This document shows positions 9,250 through 19,160 of a DNA stretch of 64,000 nt, in pieces (positions within the stretch are counted from its first letter, which is position 1; each line of letters begins with the position of its first letter). The stretch lies in contig OY762654.1 of the NCBI GenBank assembly GCA_963666205.1, positions 2,377,536 through 2,441,535 on the forward strand, given 5' to 3'. The notes under the pieces were generated by a model. That model saw nothing but the letters and a program-made list of their open reading frames with translations, ran no database searches and was not told the DNA's origin. The position numbers and the translations under genes were made by a program. The DNA is from Synergistales bacterium. Its GTDB lineage: Bacteria > Synergistota > Synergistia > Synergistales > JAFGMB01.

Positions 9250-9879
9250 TTACTCCTTCCTGGTGTAGGTTTTTGCGGGAACGCCCACAGCAAGGCTATT
9301 GGAGGGTATGTCCTTCACTACAACACCTCCTGCACCTACAGTGGCCCACTCGCCCAGGTTCATGTAGGGGATCACTGTTGAACCTATTCCCAGAAGAACC
9401 CCTTCCTCAATATTTACACTGTTGGCAAGAGTATTTCCAGGTGCTACATGAACAAAATTTCCTATTATACAATCATGATCTATGGAACAGCCTGTATTTA
9501 TGATGCAATGGTTTCCAACGATAATATCAGGCTGAAGTACTGATCCCGCGAATATTGCACTTCCTTCTCCTATTTTGACTGTTGAGTGTACATAAGCCCG
9601 CGGATGGACTATTGATGCCCATGGGGTTTCGGGGAAACGAGAAGCAATTGTTTTACGTACCGAATTGGCACCAATAGCTATCATCGCTTCAAAATCTTTG
9701 AGGTCTGCCATAAGGTCGAAAGGTCCCAGAACCTTAATATCGAAAACAGTACTTCCCCACAAAAGCTGATTATCATCAAGGATACCGGCAACTTTTCTCC
9801 CAGCTTCCAGGAGGGTGCTTATAAGAACCTTTCCATGGCTTCCTCCTCCCAGAACATATACATCCCGTTGTTTTCCCAT
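9250..9879 (-). CDS. Sugar O-acetyltransferase, NeuD/PglD family (hexapeptide repeats)
   Basis: GGGSHGKV, AIGANSVR, IVHP, DHDC, GVPAK; start at ATG 9879 behind GGAGGT. Confidence 0.9.
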   Translation of the reverse strand: MGKQRDVYVLGGGSHGKVLISTLLEAGRKVAGILDDNQLLWGSTVFDIKVLGPFDLMADLKDFEAMIAIGANSVRKTIASRFPETPWASIVHPRAYVHSTVKIGEGSAIFAGSVLQPDIIVGNHCIINTGCSIDHDCIIGNFVHVAPGNTLANSVNIEEGVLLGIGSTVIPYMNLGEWATVGAGGVVVKDIPSNSLAVGVPAKTYTRKE

Positions 9880-10044
9880 TGATAAAACCTCCTCTCCTGG
9901 ATTATTTCTACAGCATTTAGATAAAACGTCCACTATCTGAATTATAACATCGTTAAAGTAATATGTGGCATCCTTAATGGTGGAGTTTGGAGAGAATTAA
10001 TAGAATGGTTATAATTAAAGAACCTTATCGGGAGGATGATCCTC

Positions 10045-11208
10045 ATGCAGAGAAGTCTGTCCCTTTTCCTTTGTATTTATGGATTTGTTTACGGGTCCAT
10101 GCATTTCTATTTTTACCTTTCCCTGAGACATGTTTTTCACTCCAGGATATTATCGGGGTTCTTCTTCCTTCCCTTTTCGCTGTTCATGATCCTCTCACCT
10201 GTTCTTTTGAGATTATGCGAGTCCCGGGAATGGAATTGTTATCGATATCTGCTGGCCTATTCAGGATATCTGTGGATGGGTTTTCTTTTTCTGGCAATAT
10301 CCTTTCTTCTCGTTATGGATCTGTGCAGATTTATCCAGTTTATTCTGTTAAGGTCCTCGCCCTTTTTCCCTTCAGTAAGGACCGGTTTTTTTATCTCCAC
10401 TGTCCTTTCTCTATTCTTGTGTTTTTATGGTTATGTTGAAGCCTCATGGATAACCACGGAAGAACTTCTTTTTTCTTCCCCGAAAATTATGGAGAAAGAT
10501 TCTGCTTTTCGAATTATCCAGATATCGGATGTTCACCTGGGACTACTTGTTAACAGGAAAAAACTCGAAGGGATAGTCGAGCTTATAAATAATAATAAGC
10601 CGGATCTTGTAATTTCAACAGGAGATCTGGTAGACGGTCAGGGAGGAGAGATGGATGGCTTTTCAACCATACTTGCATCTATCGATCCGCCTTTTGGTAA
10701 ATATGCTGTTACTGGAAATCACGAATTTTATCGGGGGATCGAATATTCAGAGGGTTTTACCAGAAAAGCAGGTTTTCAGATCCTCCGGAATAGAGCTGTA
10801 AAGGTTACCCCTTTCCTGACACTTGCAGGCGTCGATGATCCTGCAGGTGATATATTTGACCAGAAGGGCTCTATTCCCGAAAGTGAGCTTCTGGAAAATC
10901 TGGAAGAAGGCAGCATAGTACTTCTGCTTAAACATCAGCCAAGGATAGAATCTGTATCTTCCAGATCTTTTGATCTCCAGCTTTCCGGACATATTCACGG
11001 AGGCCAGATCTTCCCCTTCAGCCTTTTGACATTTCTTGCTTACAGATGCGGTGCAGGATTAAAATCCCTTGGGAATGGGCAATATCTATATGTGAGTCCG
11101 GGTACTGGTACATGGGGTCCACCTTTAAGATTTCTCGCTCCACCCAAGATCACTGTCATCGACCTGAAAGGTTCTGAGGGCAAATCTTCCATAGAATACA
11201 GGAGGTGA
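10045..11208 (+). CDS. Membrane-anchored metallophosphoesterase (YkuE/YaeI-like)
   Basis: Several N-terminal TM segments then SDVH, TGDLVD, GNHE, HQP, SGHIHGGQ; start chosen by RBS spacing. Confidence 0.9.
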   Translation: MQRSLSLFLCIYGFVYGSMHFYFYLSLRHVFHSRILSGFFFLPFSLFMILSPVLLRLCESREWNCYRYLLAYSGYLWMGFLFLAISFLLVMDLCRFIQFILLRSSPFFPSVRTGFFISTVLSLFLCFYGYVEASWITTEELLFSSPKIMEKDSAFRIIQISDVHLGLLVNRKKLEGIVELINNNKPDLVISTGDLVDGQGGEMDGFSTILASIDPPFGKYAVTGNHEFYRGIEYSEGFTRKAGFQILRNRAVKVTPFLTLAGVDDPAGDIFDQKGSIPESELLENLEEGSIVLLLKHQPRIESVSSRSFDLQLSGHIHGGQIFPFSLLTFLAYRCGAGLKSLGNGQYLYVSPGTGTWGPPLRFLAPPKITVIDLKGSEGKSSIEYRR

Positions 11209-11215
11209 ATACCCT

Positions 11216-11602
11216 GTGAAGAGAATACGCATTATCTCAGGCGGGACGATTATCAGAGCGGAACTTAACGATTCATTAACAGCTTCAGGGATTGCAGAAA
11301 TACTTCCATTGAGAGGCAGAGCAAACCGTTGGGGCAAAGAAATATATTTTTCCATACCTTTTTCGGCAGAACCTGAAGATCCGCAGGATGTTGTATGTTC
11401 CGGAGATCTTGCATACTGGCCTCCGGGAAGGGCTTTCTGTATCTTCTGGGGGACTACTCCTGCGAGTCAGGGGAACCATGAGATCCGACCGGCAAGTGAA
11501 GTAAACATTGTAGGCAGAATACTTTCCGGCCTTGAACTACTTGAACAGGAACTGGTGAATTCAGGTGATCCTTTAATCATTGAACCTGAGTCGGATGATT
11601 AA
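11216..11602 (+). CDS. Cyclophilin-like fold protein (DUF369 type)
   Basis: WGKEIYF, GDLAYWPPG.AFCIF.G.TP, PASEVN. Confidence 0.85.
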   Translation: MKRIRIISGGTIIRAELNDSLTASGIAEILPLRGRANRWGKEIYFSIPFSAEPEDPQDVVCSGDLAYWPPGRAFCIFWGTTPASQGNHEIRPASEVNIVGRILSGLELLEQELVNSGDPLIIEPESDD

Positions 11603-11604
11603 TA

Positions 11605-11638
11605 TCAACAAAGGAGACCCTGGGGTCTCCTTTGTTGA
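11605..11638. terminator. Intrinsic terminator-like hairpin
   Basis: TCAACAAAGGAGACCC-TG-GGGTCTCCTTTGTTGA perfect inverted repeat right after the stop. Confidence 0.8.
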
Positions 11639-11811
11639 AAAGGGGTTCGTTCCGTATTTCTTAGGGGAGGTTGCTTTTTCGATATAATAATAGCCATAAT
11701 TACTTTTTTCTTCACCCCGGTAATTACCTAATCTCAGGTAAGTAGAAATACGTATACCTGTGGAGAGTATGAGAATAGTTTTATGCCATTACCCATTTTC
11801 TGGAGGCGGTT

Positions 11812-12855
11812 ATGAAGAGAGCGGATGAGCGGGATACTATATTTGCTAGAATGAGATACGAAAAAGGAAGTCCTGAATATGAAGAATACTATAACCGCAG
11901 ACCGGAAAAGAAGGAGCTGGACGATCTGCTCAGGTCCATGCCTGGTCTCTGTTCACCCGGAACGGAAACCTATGATCCTCTCAATGCACCCATTGCCGAG
12001 GCCAATTTCAGATTCCTTGAGGATATCAGACCTCTTGTGGAAGGGGAGACTTCACGGAAGAGGCTTATTCTTGACCCTGAGGTGATGACCCGAAAGATCA
12101 AAGCTATGGCTGTATACTATGGTGCCCGGATGGTAGGGATTGCCAGACTTGGAGAGCGACATTTCTATTCCCGTAAGGGGCGGCCAAAGGATGATTATGG
12201 ACGTTCCATTGGCGTTCCCCATCCCTTTGGTATCGTATTTGCTTCGCCAATGGATATGGATAAGATAAATCAGGCACCAGGGCTTCCCGTTGTCGTAGAA
12301 TCTTCATTAAGTTATGTAAAGGTTGCCATAATTGGCATGCTGTTGTCTTATTATATCCGTGAAACAGGATATGAAGCCAGGAATCATATGGATGGGAATT
12401 ATCTGGTTGTTCCTAACAGGGTGGCACAGGATGCAGGCATGGGTGAGTTCGGACGTTGCGGTATGCTTGTAACTCAAGACTATGGACCTGCTGTGAGATT
12501 TGCAGTAGTAACGACGGATCTTCCTCTTCTGCCTGATAAGCCGAGGAAATTTGGACTCGAGACATTCTGCCGGATATGCAGAAACTGTGCCCTTGAATGC
12601 CCTGTTCAGGCTTTGAGCGAGGACGATGATGAGAGAGAATGGAAAGTAAAATCCGAAAAGTGTTATAAATATTGGAGAACAGTGGGGACGGATTGCAGCA
12701 TATGTATAAAAGCATGTCCTTTTTCTCAGGGTCTGGCATCAGGTTTTACCGGAAATTTCAATGATGATCCCAGGGCTGTAGGGGATATTATGAAAAGATT
12801 CAGGGAAATATCTGGTAAAAGGCCTGTTCCTGTCGATCCTCCTGATTGGATCTGA
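11812..12855 (+). CDS. Cobalamin/2x[4Fe-4S] protein of the reductive dehalogenase/QueG superfamily
   Basis: GARMVGIA, AGMGEFGR, GPAVRF.VVTTDLPL.PD, CRICRNCALECP, CSICIKACP; no Tat leader. Confidence 0.8.
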   Translation: MKRADERDTIFARMRYEKGSPEYEEYYNRRPEKKELDDLLRSMPGLCSPGTETYDPLNAPIAEANFRFLEDIRPLVEGETSRKRLILDPEVMTRKIKAMAVYYGARMVGIARLGERHFYSRKGRPKDDYGRSIGVPHPFGIVFASPMDMDKINQAPGLPVVVESSLSYVKVAIIGMLLSYYIRETGYEARNHMDGNYLVVPNRVAQDAGMGEFGRCGMLVTQDYGPAVRFAVVTTDLPLLPDKPRKFGLETFCRICRNCALECPVQALSEDDDEREWKVKSEKCYKYWRTVGTDCSICIKACPFSQGLASGFTGNFNDDPRAVGDIMKRFREISGKRPVPVDPPDWI

Positions 12856-12883
12856 TATATATTATTTTACCCGGAGATAAATC

Positions 12884-13612
12884 ATGAACATGGATTATAA
12901 GCTTAAACCATTAAAGATCCTTGGAGTTCTTGGAGGGATGGGGCCGGCTGCTACTGCAGAATTTATGCGGTTGATGACCCTTATGTCTCCGGCTGTTACC
13001 GACCAGCAGCATCCAAAGGTTCTGCTGTATTCCAACCCCCAGATACCCGACAGAAGCAGTGCTATCCTTGGGAAAGGGCCTGACCCGACGAATGAACTGA
13101 AAAAGGGACTTCTAACTATTCTGGATTGGGGTGCTGAGATTCTTGCTGTTCCGTGTAATACTGCCCACCTTTACATAGATCTCTTTAAAGATGATCTGGA
13201 ACTTCCTCTTGTCCACATAGTGGAAGCATCCGTAGAAGCATGTAAGAGCAAAAGTCCTGAAGGTGCATGGCTTTTGGGTACAGAGGGTACATTAAAGTGT
13301 GGCATCTACCAGTCATATGCCCGGAGGCAGAATTATCCCTTTCATCTTCCTGGAGAGGATACCTGCCGAATGGTTCAGCACTGTATTGAGTTGGTAAAAG
13401 CAAACAGACTTGAAGAATCAGGGCGAATTCTCAAAGAAATTGTTATGGATCTATGGAAGGAACGGCCTATTCCAGTAATGGCAGCATGTACCGAATTGCC
13501 TCTAAGCTACGATGCCTCAGGTCTTCCCGGCGAAAGAACTGTATCGAGTCTTGCCGCTCTGGCTGGAAAGTGTCTTGACAAGATCTATGGTTTTTCAATT
13601 GATAAAGAGTGA
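12884..13612 (+). CDS. Aspartate/glutamate racemase family protein
   Basis: GGMGPAAT, IPDRS, catalytic PCNTAH and ACTELP. Confidence 0.92.
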   Translation: MNMDYKLKPLKILGVLGGMGPAATAEFMRLMTLMSPAVTDQQHPKVLLYSNPQIPDRSSAILGKGPDPTNELKKGLLTILDWGAEILAVPCNTAHLYIDLFKDDLELPLVHIVEASVEACKSKSPEGAWLLGTEGTLKCGIYQSYARRQNYPFHLPGEDTCRMVQHCIELVKANRLEESGRILKEIVMDLWKERPIPVMAACTELPLSYDASGLPGERTVSSLAALAGKCLDKIYGFSIDKE

Positions 13613-13617
13613 TCTGA

Positions 13618-14889
13618 ATGTCAGGTAATTCTTTCAGTTTTGTCCATTGTTCAGATCTTCATCTGGATAGCCCCTTCACTGGAATAGCCTCTTCCGATCC
13701 CCGTCTTGCTAAAATGCTTGTCAGCGCAACTTTTCATGCTTTTGAAAGAGTAGTAGATATTGCCATAGAAGAAGGTGCTGACTTTATTGTTATTTCGGGT
13801 GATATCTATGATCAGGGAGATGGGAGTATTCGGGCCCAGCTCGGTTTCAGGGATATACTGCAAAGGGCTCTGGACAGGGGGATAGAGTGTTTTATGGTCC
13901 ATGGCAACCATGATCCTCTTGATAGCTGGAGGTCTGGTATTTCCTTCCCTCCCGCTGTACACAGGTTTGGACAGGAAGTGGAGAAGAAGATCTACTTTCG
14001 GGAAGGTCAAGCCTGTGCTGAAATATATGGAATAAGTTATAAGAAAACGGAGGAGTTCCGTAATCTGGCATCTCTTTTCAATATCCGGGATGGCTCTGCG
14101 CTGTTCAAGATAGGTCTGCTTCACTGTAATCTGGGGGGAAGCTCCCCCGGCCATCAGAATTATTCGCCATGTTCCCTGGCTGATCTTGTAAATACAGGGA
14201 TCGACTACTGGGCCCTGGGGCATATTCATATGCCAGGCGTAATAAGAGGATCTGAACCGGCAGTTGTCTATTCCGGGAATATCCAGGGAAGACATATTGG
14301 TGAAAAAGGGAAAAGGGGCTGTTACCTTGTTGAAGTGGAAGACAGTAAGGTCATGGCTATCCAATTCCATTCCACTTCACAGATTCTCTGGTCTGAAGCA
14401 GAGCTTGATCTTTCATCTGTTAATTCGGCAGAAGAGCTTGTTGATAGCCTCAGAGATCTTTGTGATATTCAAAGATCAGGGGCTGAAGGATTACCCTCCA
14501 TATTGAGAGTAATACTTAAAGGGGAATCTGAAGTTGTTCCCCTACTGGAAAACCTGGATTTTCAGAAAGATCTGCTTGATCTTATCCGGGAGAATGAGAA
14601 AAGAAAACTTGATCAGATATGGATAGAATCAATAAAAAACATGGCCCATCTTCCCCTTGACAGGGATAGACTCAGAAAGGGAAATGATTTTATCGCAGAT
14701 TTTCTTGAGTTGTGTGATATGGCAAGGAAAGATCCATCCATGGCAGCTGATATGATAAGGCAGGATGAAGCTTTTAAGCTGGTTCAGGATTTTCTTGCAG
14801 ATATAGAGACCCCGGAAGTGCTTGGAGAGATCCTTGATGAGGCGGAGAAGATCGGTCTGACAGGACTTCTTGGAGGAGACAAACTTTGA
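13618..14889 (+). CDS. yhaO: Mre11/SbcD-like DNA repair nuclease
   Basis: SDLHLDSPF, GDIYD, GNHD, YWALGHIH, YSGNIQGR. Confidence 0.88.
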   Translation: MSGNSFSFVHCSDLHLDSPFTGIASSDPRLAKMLVSATFHAFERVVDIAIEEGADFIVISGDIYDQGDGSIRAQLGFRDILQRALDRGIECFMVHGNHDPLDSWRSGISFPPAVHRFGQEVEKKIYFREGQACAEIYGISYKKTEEFRNLASLFNIRDGSALFKIGLLHCNLGGSSPGHQNYSPCSLADLVNTGIDYWALGHIHMPGVIRGSEPAVVYSGNIQGRHIGEKGKRGCYLVEVEDSKVMAIQFHSTSQILWSEAELDLSSVNSAEELVDSLRDLCDIQRSGAEGLPSILRVILKGESEVVPLLENLDFQKDLLDLIRENEKRKLDQIWIESIKNMAHLPLDRDRLRKGNDFIADFLELCDMARKDPSMAADMIRQDEAFKLVQDFLADIETPEVLGEILDEAEKIGLTGLLGGDKL

Positions 14890-17800
14890 AAATAAAGTCC
14901 TTTCATGTTCACGGTTTCGGCATACTCCATAACACTGGAATAAATGACATTTCATCCGGTCTGAATATTTTTACAGGAGATAATGAGAGTGGCAAATCCA
15001 CCCTTCTGAGATTTATGCGATCAGTTCTGTTCGGGATGTCAAGAAATTCTTCCAGGGATGAACCCCTGCAGGGTGGGGGTCATGGAGGCACCATGGAGAT
15101 TGATCTGGAAAATGGAAACTCATTGATCTTCGAACTCAGGAACAGGAAGGTTCATGTAAGCGACCAGAAAGGAGACCCTCTGGATCATGCCTGTGGACTT
15201 GAACAGCTCGGAGGGCTTGACAGACACCTCTTTGAAAGAGTATTTGCTGTAGGCCTGGATGACCTTTACCTGGATGCTGATTCTCTTCTGGATGAAGAAA
15301 AACTCAGGAACAGGCTTTTCGCAGCTGGAGCCGGCCTTGGAGACATCTCTATTTCAGAGACCTTCTCAAAACTTGAAAAGGAAATGCAGAAACTTGCCCG
15401 GAACAGGTCTATACGTTCCAGATCTCTGATAAAAGATGATTCGATCAGATTACGGGAAGTACAGAAAGAGATAAGGCAACTTGCCCATCTTGAGGACGAA
15501 TATGCCCATCTTGGAGAGCGGAAGGAAATCCTCTCCAGAGAAATAGAAGAAATTACCCTTGAACTGGATTTCCTCAGAAAAAATGAAATGGAACTTAAAC
15601 GGCTACACTCACTTGTGGAACCTTTTGCCAGGCTTCAGGGCGTAAAAAAGGAGATATCTTCTCTCGAAGAGAATGTCAAAGATCTTCCACCTGGTGCAAA
15701 GGAAAGATACACCGATATAAAAAGAAATATAACCTTCCATAAGGATAAGCTGGGTAAAATAGAACAAGATATGCAAAATATAGTCATTGAAAAGAGTCAT
15801 TTCAAGGTCAATTCCAGGCTTCTGGATCTTGCAGAGAGGATAGAGTCCCTGAGGGATGAAAGATCCAGGCTCGCAGATCTTCATTCAGAAATTTCATTCA
15901 TGGAAGAAAAACTGAAGACCCTTTCAATTGATCTTTCGCAACAGCTTTCTCATATATCTCCTGACTGGAAGATGGAAGACCTGGAAAGGGCTGATACTTC
16001 CCTTGCTGCCGGGAAAGAGGCTCTTGAACTTATCAACAGGTTTAATATTCTGGAAAATGAGTTTCTTCAGGCAAAACTCCTCTTTGAAAGGGCTGTAGAA
16101 GAGAAGGATCATGCTATGGAAGAACTTTCACAAGCAAGAATAGCCTGTTCTGAATATGGAGATGATGATGAAACCGTAGAAAATATGTCAAGGTTTATCG
16201 ATGACCTTAGAAAAACAGGAGAGTTACTTCTTCAGAGGGAGCATCTGCATGAAAATATCAGGTCCCTCGAAGGAAGCCTTGAGGATTACTGGGAAAGACT
16301 GAAAATAGTTGATTCCATGGCGGAAATCTATGAAACCCCGATCCAGGCAAGTTATCTGTCTTATTCAGCAATCCTTGTTATTGCTGGTATTCCTTTAGTT
16401 CATTACTGGTTAGGATCTGTATATTCTCTTTTTTATACCAGTCTTTCTCTGATCTTTTCATTTTTTCTAATGTTTTTCTGGAGAAAACATGAAATCAATG
16501 CCAGAAAATCCCGCAAAACTTCAGAAAAAGAAAGACAAATGATCATTGAAAAAACAGAAAAGATAAAGACTGAACTTTCAATCCAGGAAGGTCTGATGGA
16601 TGCTCTCAACAGGGATTTATTTCTGCTGTCAGATAAGATGGTCCTGGATGAAGATTTCAGCAGAGAGTGGCTGGATGAACAGATTATAAGGACAAACCTG
16701 AAACTGGCTGAAGCAAGGGAGAGAGAGCGTGTTTTTCAGAAAGTATGTGACCTCCATGAAAAATTTCAGAAGCAGGTCAAGGCCCTCGCTTTCTGTGAAG
16801 ATAAGGTCAATGTTTCACGGGAGAGTCTGACGGAGTGGCAGGGGGAGTGGAATAAATATCTTGAGGATAAGAACCTGCCTCTCAATACGAAACCTGAAAC
16901 TTTTCAGATCCTTATCCAGGCCATTCTTTCAGCTTGCAGAGTCTCTATGCGAAAACATGAAATATCTGAAAAGATCCAACAGCTGAAGGAGCTTGAGAGA
17001 GTGAAAAACGAGGATCTGGATAACCTTTGTTTTTTGTGTGACCTCTCTTATGAGGCTGATCTTACAGAAAGGATAACCTTCCTTGCCGGCAAGTTGAAGG
17101 AAAGTACGGAAGCCCGGAGGAAAATCTCCATCCTGGAGAAGGAGTATGGAGATCTCCTTACCCAAAGATCAGAACATCAGGAAAGATCTGAATGTGCCCT
17201 TTCTGAAATGGAAGAACTGATGAAAAGATCTAATGCTGTTTCAGAAGAAACATTCTTTTCAAGGGTCGAAGAATATGGCCGTCTTTCTGAATTGAAGAAC
17301 CTGGAGATGGAGCTTGTGGCAAGGCTGATAGGATTGGCTGGTAACGAGAAACTGCTGGAGAAACTGGTCGAAAGACTTGATAATGTAGATACCCTTGTTC
17401 TTGAGATGGATCTTGAAAACAATACTGAAAAGATAAACTCCCTGTCTGCGAAAAGGGAGGAAATAATAAGGTCACTTGCAAAACTGGAGATGCGCCTTCA
17501 GGAACTTTCCCTTGAAGATAACCAGAGTCGATTGATCCAGGAAAAAGAATTTCTCCACGCAAAATGTCGGGAAAACTCTATTAAATGGGCTGCTCTTGCC
17601 ACATGCAGAGCTCTGCTGGCAAAGGCAAGGGAAATCCATGAAATTCAGAGACAGCCCGGAGTTACAAAAATGGCCGGAAAGTACATGGAGATCATTACAG
17701 GAGGAAGATATGGACTTTTATGTTCATCTCTTGACCGCCGGATATTCCTTTCCGATAAACGGACCCTTGTCAGGAAGGGAAGCCAGGAATGGAGCAGTGG

Positions 17801-18089
17801 CCTGGCTGATCAGGCCTATCTGGCTATCCGCCTTGCAGTAACCAGAAGCCTCAGTGGTACTTCTGGAGTCCTGCCGGTAATTCTTGATGACATCCATCTT
17901 CGCTTTGATCTAGACCGTCAGAAACACCTGGCAGAGGTTCTGATTGAGCATTCCCGTTATCAGCAGGTTTTCTTTTTTTCCTGTAATCCGGCTTTCCTTG
18001 AAATGCTCTCTTCAGTTATTAAAGAAAAAGAGAGTACTCCTGGGATATATCGTATAAAGGATGGGCTGATCCACGAAGGTATGGATTAG
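14886..18089 (+). CDS. yhaN: Rad50/SbcC-like AAA ATPase with long coiled coil and central TM hairpin
   Basis: Walker A GDNESGKST, signature WSSG.ADQ.YLAIRLA, Walker B ILDD...FD; coupled to yhaO. Confidence 0.85.
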   Translation: MKIKSFHVHGFGILHNTGINDISSGLNIFTGDNESGKSTLLRFMRSVLFGMSRNSSRDEPLQGGGHGGTMEIDLENGNSLIFELRNRKVHVSDQKGDPLDHACGLEQLGGLDRHLFERVFAVGLDDLYLDADSLLDEEKLRNRLFAAGAGLGDISISETFSKLEKEMQKLARNRSIRSRSLIKDDSIRLREVQKEIRQLAHLEDEYAHLGERKEILSREIEEITLELDFLRKNEMELKRLHSLVEPFARLQGVKKEISSLEENVKDLPPGAKERYTDIKRNITFHKDKLGKIEQDMQNIVIEKSHFKVNSRLLDLAERIESLRDERSRLADLHSEISFMEEKLKTLSIDLSQQLSHISPDWKMEDLERADTSLAAGKEALELINRFNILENEFLQAKLLFERAVEEKDHAMEELSQARIACSEYGDDDETVENMSRFIDDLRKTGELLLQREHLHENIRSLEGSLEDYWERLKIVDSMAEIYETPIQASYLSYSAILVIAGIPLVHYWLGSVYSLFYTSLSLIFSFFLMFFWRKHEINARKSRKTSEKERQMIIEKTEKIKTELSIQEGLMDALNRDLFLLSDKMVLDEDFSREWLDEQIIRTNLKLAEARERERVFQKVCDLHEKFQKQVKALAFCEDKVNVSRESLTEWQGEWNKYLEDKNLPLNTKPETFQILIQAILSACRVSMRKHEISEKIQQLKELERVKNEDLDNLCFLCDLSYEADLTERITFLAGKLKESTEARRKISILEKEYGDLLTQRSEHQERSECALSEMEELMKRSNAVSEETFFSRVEEYGRLSELKNLEMELVARLIGLAGNEKLLEKLVERLDNVDTLVLEMDLENNTEKINSLSAKREEIIRSLAKLEMRLQELSLEDNQSRLIQEKEFLHAKCRENSIKWAALATCRALLAKAREIHEIQRQPGVTKMAGKYMEIITGGRYGLLCSSLDRRIFLSDKRTLVRKGSQEWSSGLADQAYLAIRLAVTRSLSGTSGVLPVILDDIHLRFDLDRQKHLAEVLIEHSRYQQVFFFSCNPAFLEMLSSVIKEKESTPGIYRIKDGLIHEGMD

Positions 18090-18106
18090 ATCCATAAATA
18101 AAATAT

Positions 18107-19018
18107 TCAGGGCCTGTAAGTCTGACGATAGATCCTTTCCACATCTTCCCTGAAGGGGAGACTGGGCTGAGCTCCCAGAACTGTGCATGCAAGAGCTCCT
18201 GCACAGTTGGCGAATTCTACAGCTTCCAGTGTGGACTTCCCTTCAGAGAGGGCAACTGCCATTGCGCCAGCAAAGGAATCTCCGGCTCCTGTTGTATCGA
18301 CTGTAGATACGGCTGGTCCCTTGATCCTTGAGATAGAACCCCTTTCGAAAAGTATTGCTCCATCTGCTCCTGCAGTTACAACAACTGTTTTTACCCCCCT
18401 TTGAATAATGGACGACGCAGCTTTTTCCATGTCATCAAGTCCTGACATCTGATGCAGTTCGATGTTATTCGGAACGAGGATATCGATCAATTTAAGAAAA
18501 CTGTCAGGTATTTCAGTAAAGGGTGCTGGATCAAGGATAGTCCGCAAACCATGTTTTTTTGAAAGCCTGAGACCTTCTTCGAGGGTTTCCAGAGGAACTT
18601 CAAGCTGGAAAATAGAAGTCTGACAGTTTCTGAACTTATCCTCCTGACGGTTTATATCTCCCGGCGAAAGAAGCATGTTAGCTCCGGGAGAGACAACGAT
18701 GGAATTGTCTCCCTCCTTTACTACAGTTATCAGAGCCACTCCTGTATTTATATCTTCTGATACAGTTACACCTTCGCAGTCTATCCCTTCGTTTTTAAGG
18801 TTTTTAAGAAGAGCATTTCCAAATTCATCATGACCTACTCTGCCTATGAATGATACTTCTGCACCCAGTCTGGCACAGGCTACAGCCTGGTTAGCTCCTT
18901 TTCCACCGCCCACCATGACAAGGTTTTCTCCAAGAATGGTCTCTCCCAGCCCTGGAAGTCTTGGAGTCCTTATTACAAGATCCATATTTACAGATCCAGC
19001 GACTATTATATTCGCCAT
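18107..19018 (-). CDS. rbsK: Ribokinase
   Basis: GSVNMD, GGKGANQAVA, DTTGAGDSF, GAQPS. Confidence 0.93.
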   Translation of the reverse strand: MANIIVAGSVNMDLVIRTPRLPGLGETILGENLVMVGGGKGANQAVACARLGAEVSFIGRVGHDEFGNALLKNLKNEGIDCEGVTVSEDINTGVALITVVKEGDNSIVVSPGANMLLSPGDINRQEDKFRNCQTSIFQLEVPLETLEEGLRLSKKHGLRTILDPAPFTEIPDSFLKLIDILVPNNIELHQMSGLDDMEKAASSIIQRGVKTVVVTAGADGAILFERGSISRIKGPAVSTVDTTGAGDSFAGAMAVALSEGKSTLEAVEFANCAGALACTVLGAQPSLPFREDVERIYRQTYRP

Positions 19019-19160
19019 GGGTTCCTCCTTATCAGAACATTAGTTTCTGTTATTTTATAAATAAAAAAGGAAAGACACAAAAGTCTTTCCTCAGGAATAT
19101 ACAATTATCCAGATATTTTCTTGCTGAATAAACGGTGAAGCATGGTTAAGGCTATTTCAG

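Noticed and set aside
11812-12855. Respiratory reductive dehalogenase
   Set aside because: No twin-arginine leader and no adjacent rdhB anchor gene.
13610-13690. Possible UGA read-through at other TGA-ending genes (e.g. the racemase)
   Set aside because: Those proteins are already full length for their families and the downstream frame overlaps the next gene.
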